NCBI GenBank assembly: GCA_010405405.1
Contig: MU004234.1
Location: 2,011,275-2,067,354, forward strand
Direction of reading: 5' to 3'
Source: Microthyrium microscopicum
Taxonomy: Eukaryota
DNA length: 56,080 bases
Part shown: piece by piece, positions 1-11,200 of the stretch
Layout: every line of letters starts with the position of its first letter
Numbering within the stretch: position 1 is the first letter of the stretch
Program-made: the position numbers and the translations under genes
Notes under the pieces: generated by a model
Told to the model about the DNA's origin: nothing
What the model saw: the letters and a program-made list of their open reading frames with translations, nothing else
Databases searched by the model: none

Positions 1-801
1 TTCGTCTCGGAACACAGCGCAGGCTACTATGCGAAACTGTATAAAGAGCATGGACTAGAGGGCGCGCATGTCATTATGCTGGGGCCGGGGAATGAGGATG
101 CGGCCAAGGAGGCGTTGGCAGCGTGGCCTGGTGGATTACAGGTTGGGGGAGGAGTGAGTGCTGAGAATGCGAGGAGTTGGGTGGAGAGGGGGGCAAGTAA
201 GGTACGTGGTGGTGATGAAGGGCGGGAAATGAAGGGGAGAAGAGAGAGGGGAGAGCATGGTGGCTAATGGATACAGGTCATCATTACGAGTTATCTGTTT
301 CCGGAGGGCAAATTTGATCTCAAGAGATTGGAGAAGACCGTGGAAGCGTTGGGAGGGAAGGAGCAGTTGGTGATAGACTTGAGCTGTCGAAGACGGGAGA
401 ATGGATGGTTTGTGGCCATGAATAAGTGGCAGACGATTACAGACTTTGAGGTTTCACACGGTAATGTTACAGGAACATGATCTATGACATATATCACTAA
501 TAGCGGTGGAACAGACAACATCCGCATGCTAGAGGACTACTGCTCCGAATTTCTCATACACGCAGCAGACGTCGAGGGTCTCCAAGGAGGAATCGACGGC
601 GACTTGGTATCAAAGCTGGCAGAATGGTGTACGATCCCCGTCACATATGCAGGCGGCGGTAAACATTTAGATGATCTCAGCCTTGTGAAAAAGCTTAGCA
701 ATGGCAAAGTCGATTTGACAATTGGCAGTGCGCTGGATATTTTTGGCGGCAGTCTGGTACGGTTTGATGACTGTGTGGCCTGGAACCGGGAACAAGAATG
801 A
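1..801 (+). CDS. HIS6: Phosphoribosylformimino-5-aminoimidazole carboxamide ribotide isomerase (histidine biosynthesis), 5' end outside window
   Basis: Exons <1-201, 277-460, 515-801 (introns GTACGT..CAG and GTAATG..CAG). Spliced protein has [51 protein letters not shown] and [21 protein letters not shown], typical of eukaryotic His6. Confidence 0.95.
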
Positions 802-1174
802 TGGATAGATTGATGCTAATATGGACTTGGCTCGTGGACAGTCAATTATAGAAATCATACAAATCATGGGCCACCGAGGCTTATAAGATATATGATAGAA
901 AGGTTTGAACACTGGTAGAGAAGCATTGGACATATTAAAAATATCATGGATAGCCCGGTGGAAACCGTTTGTTACCGAACGATTGGCATCAAGCGACATC
1001 GGGGCATGCGTATGCGGTCGATGTTTATAGATTATCGACGATTTGCCGCTTCGGAGCTCTGAAGGCGCGAAGCTCGTTTGTATATCATTTGACCTTGCGC
1101 TGTGGAAATAACCTTGGATCTGATACCTCGGTCTTGAACTCATATCGCAAGCGATCTAGAATCTGACATCACGA

Positions 1175-2113
1175 ATGACATATCAATCCATCGTACAACA
1201 GCCAATTGTCAAAACGTCGGCCTTACGATCTTGTCTCTCTCGACGTTCATATAGCAACTCACCTGCTGCTGTCTCAAACATCATTTCACGACAATTACGT
1301 CCAAGACTACCCACCCAGCCCCGAATCATGGCAGATAGCAGAGAGCAGTCTTTCGACAAGACCTACTGGCGCACGCCAAAATCATTTAGATTCGAAGCCG
1401 ACGAACGCTGGTCCGCCGTCGACAAATACAACTGGTCTCATCTGCATGCCGGTAACACCAAGCCCGACCCCGACATGCTCGAAAAAGTGCTACAAAGCTC
1501 CACAGACGGCGGTCTCCCACCCATCGCCGTCTCACCCGCACATGGCAAATTCCTACAGATCCAAGCGCGTCTAATGGGCGCAAAGAATATCATGGAAGTC
1601 GGCATGCTAGGCGGCTACTCAACCATATGGCTCGCCTCGTCCAGCCCCGACGCCAAAGTCACATCCATCGAAATTGACGAGGACTTTGCAGCGCTGGCTA
1701 AGAAACACTTTGGATGGGCGGGCGTAGAGAAGCAGATTGAGGTCAAGGTAGGAAGCGCGATGAGCGAGATGCCGAAGCTAGTGGAGGAGGTTAAGGCAGG
1801 GAAGAGGGAGAAGATTGATCTGGCGTTTATCGATGCGAACAAGCCAAATAATCTGGAGTATTTCAATTGGTGTGTCGAAATGGCTAGACCGGGAGCGTGT
1901 ATTATCATTGATAATGTGGTACGAATGGGGCGGGTGGTTGATCCGAGTGCTTTTGAGGATCCAAATGTTGCTGGAACGAGAAGGGCGATTGAGGCAATTG
2001 GGAAGGATTCGAGGGTGGATGCGACGATTTTGCAGATGGTTGGGGATAAGAGCTATGATGGGTTCTTGACTGCGATTGTAAAAAGAGATGCTTCTGGCAG
2101 TTCTCATTTGTAG
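1175..2113 (+). CDS. SAM-dependent O-methyltransferase (Methyltransf_3, catechol/caffeoyl-CoA OMT-like)
   Basis: Single ORF with IAVSPAHGKFL, IMEVGMLGGYSTIW, LAFIDANKPNNLEY, IIIDNVV and KSYDGF motifs. Start is either ATG 1175 or ATG 1328. Confidence 0.9.
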   Translation: MTYQSIVQQPIVKTSALRSCLSRRSYSNSPAAVSNIISRQLRPRLPTQPRIMADSREQSFDKTYWRTPKSFRFEADERWSAVDKYNWSHLHAGNTKPDPDMLEKVLQSSTDGGLPPIAVSPAHGKFLQIQARLMGAKNIMEVGMLGGYSTIWLASSSPDAKVTSIEIDEDFAALAKKHFGWAGVEKQIEVKVGSAMSEMPKLVEEVKAGKREKIDLAFIDANKPNNLEYFNWCVEMARPGACIIIDNVVRMGRVVDPSAFEDPNVAGTRRAIEAIGKDSRVDATILQMVGDKSYDGFLTAIVKRDASGSSHL

Positions 2114-2413
2114 GTTATAGTTACAATACTAGTATTAGTATGATTTAATGCAGTATCAAAATCTCGCAAAGCTGAGGCATAATCTGAAGCATCGTGAAAT
2201 TCCAGGTCTAGGGCTGAAGCCAGACGCTAGTCCTGTTGTGACTAGTCCGGGGTTTGTTTACTTTCCTCAGCCTTTGATGTTCCTGGTGGTCATTGCCCAC
2301 TCTTCTCCCACCCGTAACTTCTTCCCATCAACAACTCAGAGCCAGCTGCAATTGTGATTGCCTTTCCAGCATTGATGATTTAAATCGCCAATATACCACC
2401 ACTCCTACGCGTC

Positions 2414-5398
2414 ATGTCCGATTACACATTCTCCCGCGCAAGCAGTCGATCAAGTCACCATTCAGATCTTCCAAGCGCTTCCAATCAAAAACATCGCGCC
2501 TTCATCCCAAATAGCCCATCTACAATTTCCAGCTTCCAAGAGAAGGAAGACAACTTCATCATGTCCACGCGTCAAGATATCCAGGATGGCGTCTCTCCTC
2601 ATTTCCGACCTGCTCAACGCCAATCCTACTATAATCCTATTTCTAGCTCTCCTGGTCACCAGTCATTTAAGAGCTTTGACAACGACGATATCAACAGCGA
2701 GTCTAGTGGTGTGCCTACTATCGAGGTAGCGCGTGGTCATCCTCAAGCTCGAGGCACTCCAGGCAGACAAAACAACTCCTACATGGCTTCTGATGTCATA
2801 CTCGCCTCAAGTCCAATGCAAACCCGCCCTTCCCTCCAGTCACGGACAAAACAGGCTCGTCACAGCACTGGTGCTGACCGCGCGGACCTCAAAAAGATTG
2901 CACCGGCAAAGCGCGTCTCTTCTCTTCGACCAGCACCGGAACAACGCGCTTCATTTCCCTCTGCGCAAAATACTCAGACTGATGATGGTTCCGACTTTGC
3001 GCTTCCTGAATTCGAGGGCATTTCAAAGCTTATTGACCCTCTCGCCGACCAGAAAACCCAGCCTTCGCGACTCCAATCCAGACTGAACCCAGCTCGCCGA
3101 ACTTCTAGTGGCAATGATCAATTTTTACCCATCAAATCGGTGGCAGTACCTGTAGACAACAAGCAACAGTTCGACATGTTGTCATTCTTACAGAAGGAGA
3201 TGATGAGACTGCAAAATGAAGTCAAGCGTCTTTCCAAGTCAAATCAAGAATATAAGATTCAAGTTGAAGATCTTCAAGGCGAACTAGAGGCTGAGCATAC
3301 AGCACGACAAGCGGACAGTGCTTTCGGGTCTGAGGATGAAGCGAAGGAGTCTGCCACCAAGACTCAAGTTGAGAATGCTCGCCTACAGGCGAAAGTACGA
3401 AGTCTCGAGCGCGAGATCCAGAAAATAAAGGATTATGGCGACGATAGCATAAAACTAGCGGAACGTCTCAAGAAGGAGCGAAACTTCCTCATCACTCAAA
3501 GCAATCCCCAGTCCAAGACCTCGCGAGACCCGAGTGTTGCCAAACTTCAAACCGATAATGGGCACCTCAGAAAGGAGAATGAGGATCTCCGGGTTCGTGT
3601 CGATGAGCTTCAACAGTTAATTGAAGAGTATGAACAACAGCTGAATAATACTCGAGATCGTCATGATGATGCGGAAGAAGAATGGGCTCAACGAGAGTCC
3701 GACTTTACTCAGAAGCTGGCCGAAGGAGATACTGCCATCATAGCAGAGAATCGGACTCTTCACGGCGAGTTGCTTGCTCTCCGTTCTAAATACGACCAAG
3801 ATCTTCAAAGACTCAAAAGCGAGGCCGAGAAGCGACGTGAAGCTTTTGCACGAGCTCAACAAGAGTTTGCAAAGTTGGAATCTGAGAACATGACGCTCAG
3901 AAAAGAACTTCAATCTGCACGAGACAAAGTGGAACGCGATCAGCGAGATCTTCTCGTCAAGGATGCAAGAACCCCAGAGTCCCAGCAGCAGGTGAATGAG
4001 GAACTTCGTCAGAACAACGAGCAATTGAGAGCAGAGCTTGCGCGATTAAAGTCTGGCCCAAAGGCTTCAGAAGGTTCTCGTCCAGATCGTGCCGAAAGCA
4101 GTCGAGCTATCAATTCTCGATCCAAATCACCATCTCGTCAACAAACGACCGCCCCAGCACGTTCTAAACGGTATAGCACCCCAATGCCTCACGCAAATGA
4201 TGATGATGGTAGCGATTCAACCACAGAGCTCTTCTCTGAGCGTAAGCCATTGAATCTAGGCAAAATGCCCGCCTCGCGAAATAATCGAAATCCAAGCTCT
4301 CGCGTCGAACAAGTTGCTCGTGCTGAGCCTGACACTTATCTCACCCAGTTCTCTCCTGAGGATATCATCAACATTCGTAGATCTATTGAGGAGGAATATG
4401 CCTCCCGCAAAGCCCGAGCAATATCTGCCGAACCAAACAAGCCTTCTTTAGCTCGCAAATCTTCTTTGCGTAATAACTCGAAAACTCGAATGTCAACAGG
4501 CGCGCTTTCTGACGACAATCTCAGTGTCCATTCTGTACACTCTAGAATTTCTCGACGAAGCTCGGATGATAAAGATGCTACCACTGGCCAGCCAGACACT
4601 CGTCAATCTCGCCGTTCATCTTTATCTGCTCGTCGCCGTACTCCTGGACCCGATGCAGCGGATGATGGTATGACATCTGCTTTGATCATTCCAGACATTA
4701 CATTGAATGCAAAGGGGATTAGACCCACCTTGAGCGCCTCTGCACGCAATGTTCTCAGTAATCTGGCTCCTCACTCTCCTCGCCAATGTACTGTCTGCCA
4801 TCGCATCGCATCCGCACAACATCCAAACTCACCCCCTGCATCTCCTAGAATCATGACACCAGCGCCAATCTCCGATGTGTTAGGCCAACGGGGTGATATC
4901 GACTCCACCGTTCGACCCAGCGAACCACCACTCAAAGCACTCTCCCGCGTCATCCGTCAATTGGCCGACGAAATCGTCCACGCCAAACTTGAGCTCCACA
5001 TTGCCGAACGTAGCCTCGCCGCCCACAACCCAGCGCGTTCCAAGCGCGATCGTGACACGCTACATGAGGCAATTGAAGGCCTCAACAAGATCATCGCCGT
5101 CAAATGCGATCAAATCTACAGCCTCTATGATGTGCTCGAAGGCCACAAGGGCGAAATCGCACATAACGATGGCGAGATCCGCGAGGCCGACGAGGAGCTA
5201 GAGCAAGATGTTACAGAAGATGTACAAGCGATTTTGGAAGAGCTCAAGGCTGGGCGACGCGTGACTATCCAGAGCCCGCCTGTGGCTGAGCGTGTGTCGG
5301 CTATGAGACCGATGGTGGAGGATATCGACGATGACGATGATGAGTTGCCTTGGGATGGTTTTAGCGAAACTGGAAGTTTGGCTTCGAAACGACGTTAG
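2414..5398 (+). CDS. Long coiled-coil protein, Ppc89/Cep57-like spindle pole body component
   Basis: 994-aa intronless ORF with central heptad coiled coils, a CTVC motif, then RPSEPPLKALSRVIRQLADEIVH and DQIYSLYDVLEGHK. This resembles the Cep57 microtubule-binding C-terminus of fungal Ppc89 homologues (recognised by eye). Confidence 0.7.
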   Translation: MSDYTFSRASSRSSHHSDLPSASNQKHRAFIPNSPSTISSFQEKEDNFIMSTRQDIQDGVSPHFRPAQRQSYYNPISSSPGHQSFKSFDNDDINSESSGVPTIEVARGHPQARGTPGRQNNSYMASDVILASSPMQTRPSLQSRTKQARHSTGADRADLKKIAPAKRVSSLRPAPEQRASFPSAQNTQTDDGSDFALPEFEGISKLIDPLADQKTQPSRLQSRLNPARRTSSGNDQFLPIKSVAVPVDNKQQFDMLSFLQKEMMRLQNEVKRLSKSNQEYKIQVEDLQGELEAEHTARQADSAFGSEDEAKESATKTQVENARLQAKVRSLEREIQKIKDYGDDSIKLAERLKKERNFLITQSNPQSKTSRDPSVAKLQTDNGHLRKENEDLRVRVDELQQLIEEYEQQLNNTRDRHDDAEEEWAQRESDFTQKLAEGDTAIIAENRTLHGELLALRSKYDQDLQRLKSEAEKRREAFARAQQEFAKLESENMTLRKELQSARDKVERDQRDLLVKDARTPESQQQVNEELRQNNEQLRAELARLKSGPKASEGSRPDRAESSRAINSRSKSPSRQQTTAPARSKRYSTPMPHANDDDGSDSTTELFSERKPLNLGKMPASRNNRNPSSRVEQVARAEPDTYLTQFSPEDIINIRRSIEEEYASRKARAISAEPNKPSLARKSSLRNNSKTRMSTGALSDDNLSVHSVHSRISRRSSDDKDATTGQPDTRQSRRSSLSARRRTPGPDAADDGMTSALIIPDITLNAKGIRPTLSASARNVLSNLAPHSPRQCTVCHRIASAQHPNSPPASPRIMTPAPISDVLGQRGDIDSTVRPSEPPLKALSRVIRQLADEIVHAKLELHIAERSLAAHNPARSKRDRDTLHEAIEGLNKIIAVKCDQIYSLYDVLEGHKGEIAHNDGEIREADEELEQDVTEDVQAILEELKAGRRVTIQSPPVAERVSAMRPMVEDIDDDDDELPWDGFSETGSLASKRR

Positions 5399-5692
5399 AT
5401 GCGTGAGGAGGTTAGTGTTTGTGTTTGTCGCAAGTAGTCAGTTCAATTGTGCGTTTACAGCGAGGTATGGCGCTCGGAGGGTAGCGTTGCTGATGGGATA
5501 TCAGCTGCTACATCTTGCTTTGCGGATCATAGGATTGTTTCAAAATAGGCATAGGTTCGGCGCCATGGAATGAATGAATATCATTATTATCTTGAATTCT
5601 TGTTCCGCTCTAAAACACTCGTGGCTCGTGAGCTCCATCAATATATCTATGTGTACAAAGCGCTATTCGAACTCATTCAGAATTTCCTCAAC

Positions 5693-6303
5693 CTATGCAT
5701 AATACTCATCATAATCCTCTTCCTCCTCATCCGCTGGCGGAGGAGGCGGCGTCTTCTTCTTAACCAGATTCTTGCGATCCATTGGACACGTCGGATTCAG
5801 CTTCAACCACGGCTTGATACACTCCAAGTCAAACTTATGATCTGGATGACACGGCAACCTCACCACCAACGGATACGGATCATCCACAAACTTCTCCCCG
5901 CAGATCGGACACATACCGTCACCCAATGAGCTCTTCTTCACGCGCTCTAGCCCATCTAGAAAGGCTTCACTCACGCCCTCTACGCGGGTTGGTGGATTTG
6001 CTGCGCCTTCGAGGAGGTTTGCTAGCATGTGTTCGACTGTTTCTGACGGGTTATCGTTGGCGCGTAGGGCTTCGGCGAGGAGCACGTAGGAGGCTTCGAC
6101 GTTGACGGGGAGTGGTTCTACGTTGGTGGGTGCTTCGACTGAGCGCAGGGAGGAGTAGAATGTCGCGAGGTCGGGGAGGTGGCGGCGCGAGGGAGCGGTT
6201 ATGGTTGATGCTGAGGAGGGCGCGAGATTGTGCTCGGCTGGATTTTGTTAGTCTGGAGAGACGGGTAGTGGATGGAAGACTGGGGACCTTCGTAGTCTGT
6301 CAT
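5693..6303 (-). CDS. Small RING-H2 finger protein (putative E3 ligase)
   Basis: Exon 1 6303-6288 (MTDYE), 50-nt intron 6287-6238 (GTCCCC..CTAAC..CAG), exon 2 6237-5693. RING-H2 pattern CPIC..LPCHPDHKFDLECIKPWL..CPMDR, with an acidic tail. Confidence 0.9.
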
Positions 6304-7260
6304 TTTGGATTTTGATATTGTGGTCAAGGTGGATCGGTGGTGAGCGCTGGAGGGAGAGGAAGATGGCCTTGAGGGTGTTGGCTTCACGATGGTTATTGAA
6401 GAAACGTTCCAGGTACCAGTGGTAAACGTACACTGTGTGGAGATTTAATTGCGAGAAGAGTACGGTATGGGTGGTTGGGAGGGGGTGTTTGCGACTTGAG
6501 TATACGCGGTCAATTGGAGCCTGTGGTGTTGGAGGAGCTACCCCACTGTATGGCACTCAACACCATGCCATTGAGTCTACGAAGAGTTCACGATATACGA
6601 TCCTACTTGTCCTTTCATGGGGCTTCCCTCTTAATTGTCCTAAAATCCCATCGAAAGATATCGCGCTCATACAGATGTGTCTCATCTCATACAATTTAAT
6701 ATGATCTCATCAAGCCATTCAGCACTGGATTTACAGCTTTACCAAGTAAACTCTTCGATCATTATTTTTTCTTCTCTCCATTTGCTTGATCCTACTAGTG
6801 ATTGAAGAACTAAGCGTCCACAGTATTCATAATTGGCAGCTCTCAGATCTCAAGAAAAACTGCTATTTCTGATTCCAAGATCATCCCAACTCGTCATCCA
6901 ATATCTCAGTCCTTTGATATCAAGCTTCAAGTATACCTGGAAACAAGCCGGGCATTCGATCCCAGAATCATCTCACTTTAGAAAGGATCGTTATGTTAAT
7001 CTTAATCTCGAAACCGGTAAAATCGGATACGAACAATCAAGGAAGCGCGATATCCGAAAGAATTATAGAAAAGCCAGAGATATCGATCTCAAAGCTTATT
7101 CTGAGACACTTCAAACCCAGATTCAAGATCAAAAGTTGACCAACATAAGACATGGATAGCCAGGGCTAAATAAACTATTTCTAGTTCACTGATGTAGTAG
7201 ATTGCGAGTAATACACTGCCACCTGCCAGTACTTATGTTCGACTCCAAGGTTTCGTCTTA

Positions 7261-8210
7261 TCAGATTATCGACCTTCCGTGAATGGGCAAGTCCATAACA
7301 TGCATTTCGTTGTAGCCACACTTCTCGGTCAATTCAAACCTTGAAATCGTGCCGAAAAATCTCTGATAGCATAAAATCACCACAGAATTCTCAGACCAGG
7401 TTCCCCAGAAAATTCTCCTGACGTCAGTCTGCAGGTTGAAGGTTCCTCGGATCCAGTCACGATATGCACGATGCGCGATATACATGTCGTTGGACCAATC
7501 TTTCGCAAGGTACCTTCGATCGCCCAGCATCAACCACACCAACTCTCTACCTGATCTCCAGCTCCAACAATATTCGCCTAATTATCTTCACAAGACTTGC
7601 AATGTGCCTTTCAAACCAGATCTAAACCACAGCTCTAGTCCAGCTGACAGTAAACGATGTAACAGAAATCGCTCACCGCTCTCTATCAATCAGAAGCCAA
7701 ACAATACTAATTCCGCACACAATGTACCAGTCTAGCAGTACTCTAGCGAAGCGAAGTCTCCATTGATTTCCTTTCCAGGCACCTGACCAATGCGCACCAT
7801 TCCAACCCATGAAAAATCCCCAGATTCATGGCGGCCGAAGCGCAGCGCGAAACAAGCAGTAAGCAATGCACTAACGACACCTTTAGAAAAAAATCTGGAG
7901 AAGCAAATTAGCGTACTTATGCGCGTAATATCCAATTCGCGCCTCAAAAATTCAACAAGGGCTTCCGTATGGATGGATTTTAACAACGCACTACGGAGGC
8001 TCGCATATCCACCAAGTTAGCGCAAGTTCAATTTGTTCCCATATTTTTTGTTCGCTGAGATGGTTCGCTGTGTCTGTGACGAAAAAGTTCCGCATGACCA
8101 TTCATGTCCCACTAGTTTGGGAACGCCTGCTATCTCCGAATTGAACGTCAATGGTTCAAACTCAAGTTCAGCCGCTAGGCGATCTAGGCTTTTGGATGAA
8201 GTGGGTGTTG
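7261..8210 (-). pseudogene. Possible decayed orphan gene (weak F-box-like start)
   Basis: Minus-strand reading SLDRLAAELEFEPL.. continues in frame through one TAA into ORF 7986-7732. ORF 7542-7261 lies downstream on the same strand. No family can be assigned. Confidence 0.2.
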
Positions 8211-11200
8211 CCTTATTGCATGGCTATTGCATAGAGTTGTAAGATACCTGGCGGGTCTGAGCTGAGGTAAATCTCAAGGATATATTGATGATATGATGGT
8301 GTTTGGTTGCAAGGATTTGATATGTATTGCGCCGAGAAGGGCTTTGTTTCGAATGTGCTTGCAACTCAATTGAGGATAGTGCTCAATGGAGAATATAGTG
8401 GGTTGATATTCTGGGGCCGGAAGGAATCAGTGGGAGGCTGTGAGGCTGTTGGTGATGTATTCGGTCCCAATGTGAATCAAGCTCATGTTGTCAAGATGTG
8501 TTGTTTACTGGTTGCCCAAACGACGGTTTTCACGATTTGCAGCAAAGGAACCAACCTGTGATGTTGGAAGGAAAGCAAATATTGTTTCCGCTCAAACATG
8601 TGGCTTTCGAGGAAACTTGGGTGGAGCCTAGAGATACTTCATGTCCATATCGTGTGATATTTTATCAAGCAATGTGGATCTGTGACTCGATTCCCACGCT
8701 TATAAAGCTACGGTTAAGGCGGGATAAACACAACGAAGCCGGCTTCCGATATTGACATTAATCTGTCAGCCGTAAGCTGCTTGTCTTAGCAGTAGAGAAC
8801 AAAGGATTTTGTAATTAATACTGGAGTCTAATATCTTATTATATTGGTGTCGTGAGCGACGCCAGGATTATGGACGGTCCGTATATTGATGTGCTTCAGA
8901 ACAACGAGAATTCAGAAGTATGTACCTATACCATCGGAAAGCAAGGCAGCTGTTCCGAAGTCTGGTTCCAAAGTATGTCTTGTACTCAATACTAGTGAAT
9001 GGTTGTTTGCATCATATGTTGATCGAAGCATGAAACATATACCTCAATAGCCTGGAAAGGTTGAAAGCTAAAGGTATCTACGATAATGCATCGGATAGCA
9101 TTGAGGTACCTGACATACTTCTTGTTATAACCTTGGATCGCAGGTCGATCCGGCTACTTTCGTGTCACCATTGACCATAAGAAGCCCGCATTAGTTGGCC
9201 GATTAGCAACCAGTTACATTGGACAGTTTGCAAACCCTCATGTAGTTTACCAGTGTCAACCAGGGATGAGTAAATTGGGGCAGGATATGTAGAGACATAC
9301 TAGTCTAGACTTTTTCAAACTTTACTTGGCTCGACGCCTTACCTACAGTATAGTTCGTATCTTGGAGACATAGCTTCTGTATCCTTGGCTTTGAATTGGA
9401 ACGTCAGAGAACAAGATTTACTTACCACGTCAAACAACTCGTTCTTATTGTGTCGGCTGAAAGCTTGCCGTTGAATAGCAAGATGTACCAAAACGAAACA
9501 TGTCAAAGTTGGACAAATGACATTCAGGAATCGAAGCCAATTGGCAATAGCGATGCGGCATATTGAAGTGGTGAACACAACATCCGTGGCGTTCTGAAGC
9601 AGAATCTGTTGTGATTCGTAAAAGCTCCCCATGTTCAGCTTTCAAACATGCAACGGCTGTTCGGGTAGTAAACTCATGACCTTGTTCCGCCAAATGCCAT
9701 TTCCATGATACACAAACGTTGATGTTGAACGAGCATTTTCCCCAAAGTACTCTATGCTGGGGCAGATCCGGATCCATAGTGCAATCTTTCTATTAGTAGC
9801 TAACTTTAGATCGATTTATGGAAGTCAGAGACATTAGCTTTGAACAGGTGATTTTTTTATAACCTTGCTGCCTTGCATAATATATAGTATGATCATACAT
9901 TAGGATTAAAAAGCTTGCTTATGGTGCGGGCTGTTGTGGTACCGGCAATGGAGCTCTCTTCAAGCCCCAATTCATGCACCAACCAAAACAAGACATCGTC
10001 AGTAAACACTTTGATAAAGAGGCATGTGTTTGGTCAGATCGATGATAGGATGGGAGCTTTGGTAATGTTTACCAGTTAAACAGACTCGAGTGCTCGATGT
10101 GTACCTGGGAATACTCCAAAGTACGGCCTGTGGAGAAACTTGTGGTGGTGGTGGTACTGAAATTAGCGAATTGTCTCATTGGCGGCTGGAGAGGAAACGA
10201 ACAAATCTTCAATATCCACAGCAAGCTCAATCCCAACTCGGGATCAAACAAAAAGCGGCCGACTTATAGGCCGTAGGATCATACTGAAAAGTAACCAAGC
10301 AACGTGAATGGTCAATGTATGGTGTGGTTCCCGGATTGTACTCATTCTCCAGAGTCTGGAGTTCAGAGAGTGAAACATGGCGGATGCAGACAAGCGGACG
10401 GGAGGGACGTCATTCCGTAGGCGATGACAGGTCCCAGCCACAGAATCGGGAATCTAGAAAGGATATCGCACTGGTCTTGAGCTGCGAACGACTCTGTTCG
10501 GAGGCGAAAGGGTCTGACAGGAACCGTCAATGAGTTGATACTGAACCAAGTCGGAAGCCAACCACCACGAATTCGCAGCAAGCAGTTTTGGCCTGTGTAC
10601 AAGCTCTGGCCTGTAGACCCACTTGTTCATGCGGATTTGTAGCTTTAGGATTCGCTGAAAGAGGATTGGGAGACTGTTGAAGGACTGGGGGAGGTCTGCG
10701 GGATTTGAGAAGACATGCGTCTGTGCCGCACTCGCAGGGCAGCTTGCACAACTTTGCAGAGGCTTGCAGAGGCTTGCAGCACATCCGTCGCTTTTTTCCC
10801 CAGACTTTACCTGCAAAAGACATGCATTATCCCGGTAATAGGCCCGTTCATTATCCAATATCAGTTAGAGTCTAGATGCACAGGACGCTGTCTATTCCAC
10901 CCGTCTTCGTCCCCAGATGCCAGACACTCTCACAGTCCGCACAGTGCTCACAATCCTCACCATCCATTTGAATCCCAGTCGACAAACTTCGGGGGGGTGA
11001 GGGTCGAGCGCCGTGGGTGTGTGGAATTAGCCAGGACCCCCGCGATGTTCACTGCTCAACCTCGCACAGAGACTCTAGCACCTCCAGCGACTGCAGCCAT
11101 CGCTCGTGGCCTGGTAGTGCTACTCGGAGTAGCAAGCGGTTGTGCTCGTCTGCAAGTGATGCATCTGCCAATGGATGGACTAGCATGTGAAGAACGCTTG

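Noticed and set aside
8760..10700. Short ORFs and scattered splice-like signals (e.g. 9777-9445, 9632-9339)
   Set aside because: No consistent exon chain or recognisable motif could be built.
10742..10780. Tandem GCTTGCAGAG units
   Set aside because: Only 2-3 short copies with no spacers; a simple microduplication, not CRISPR-like.
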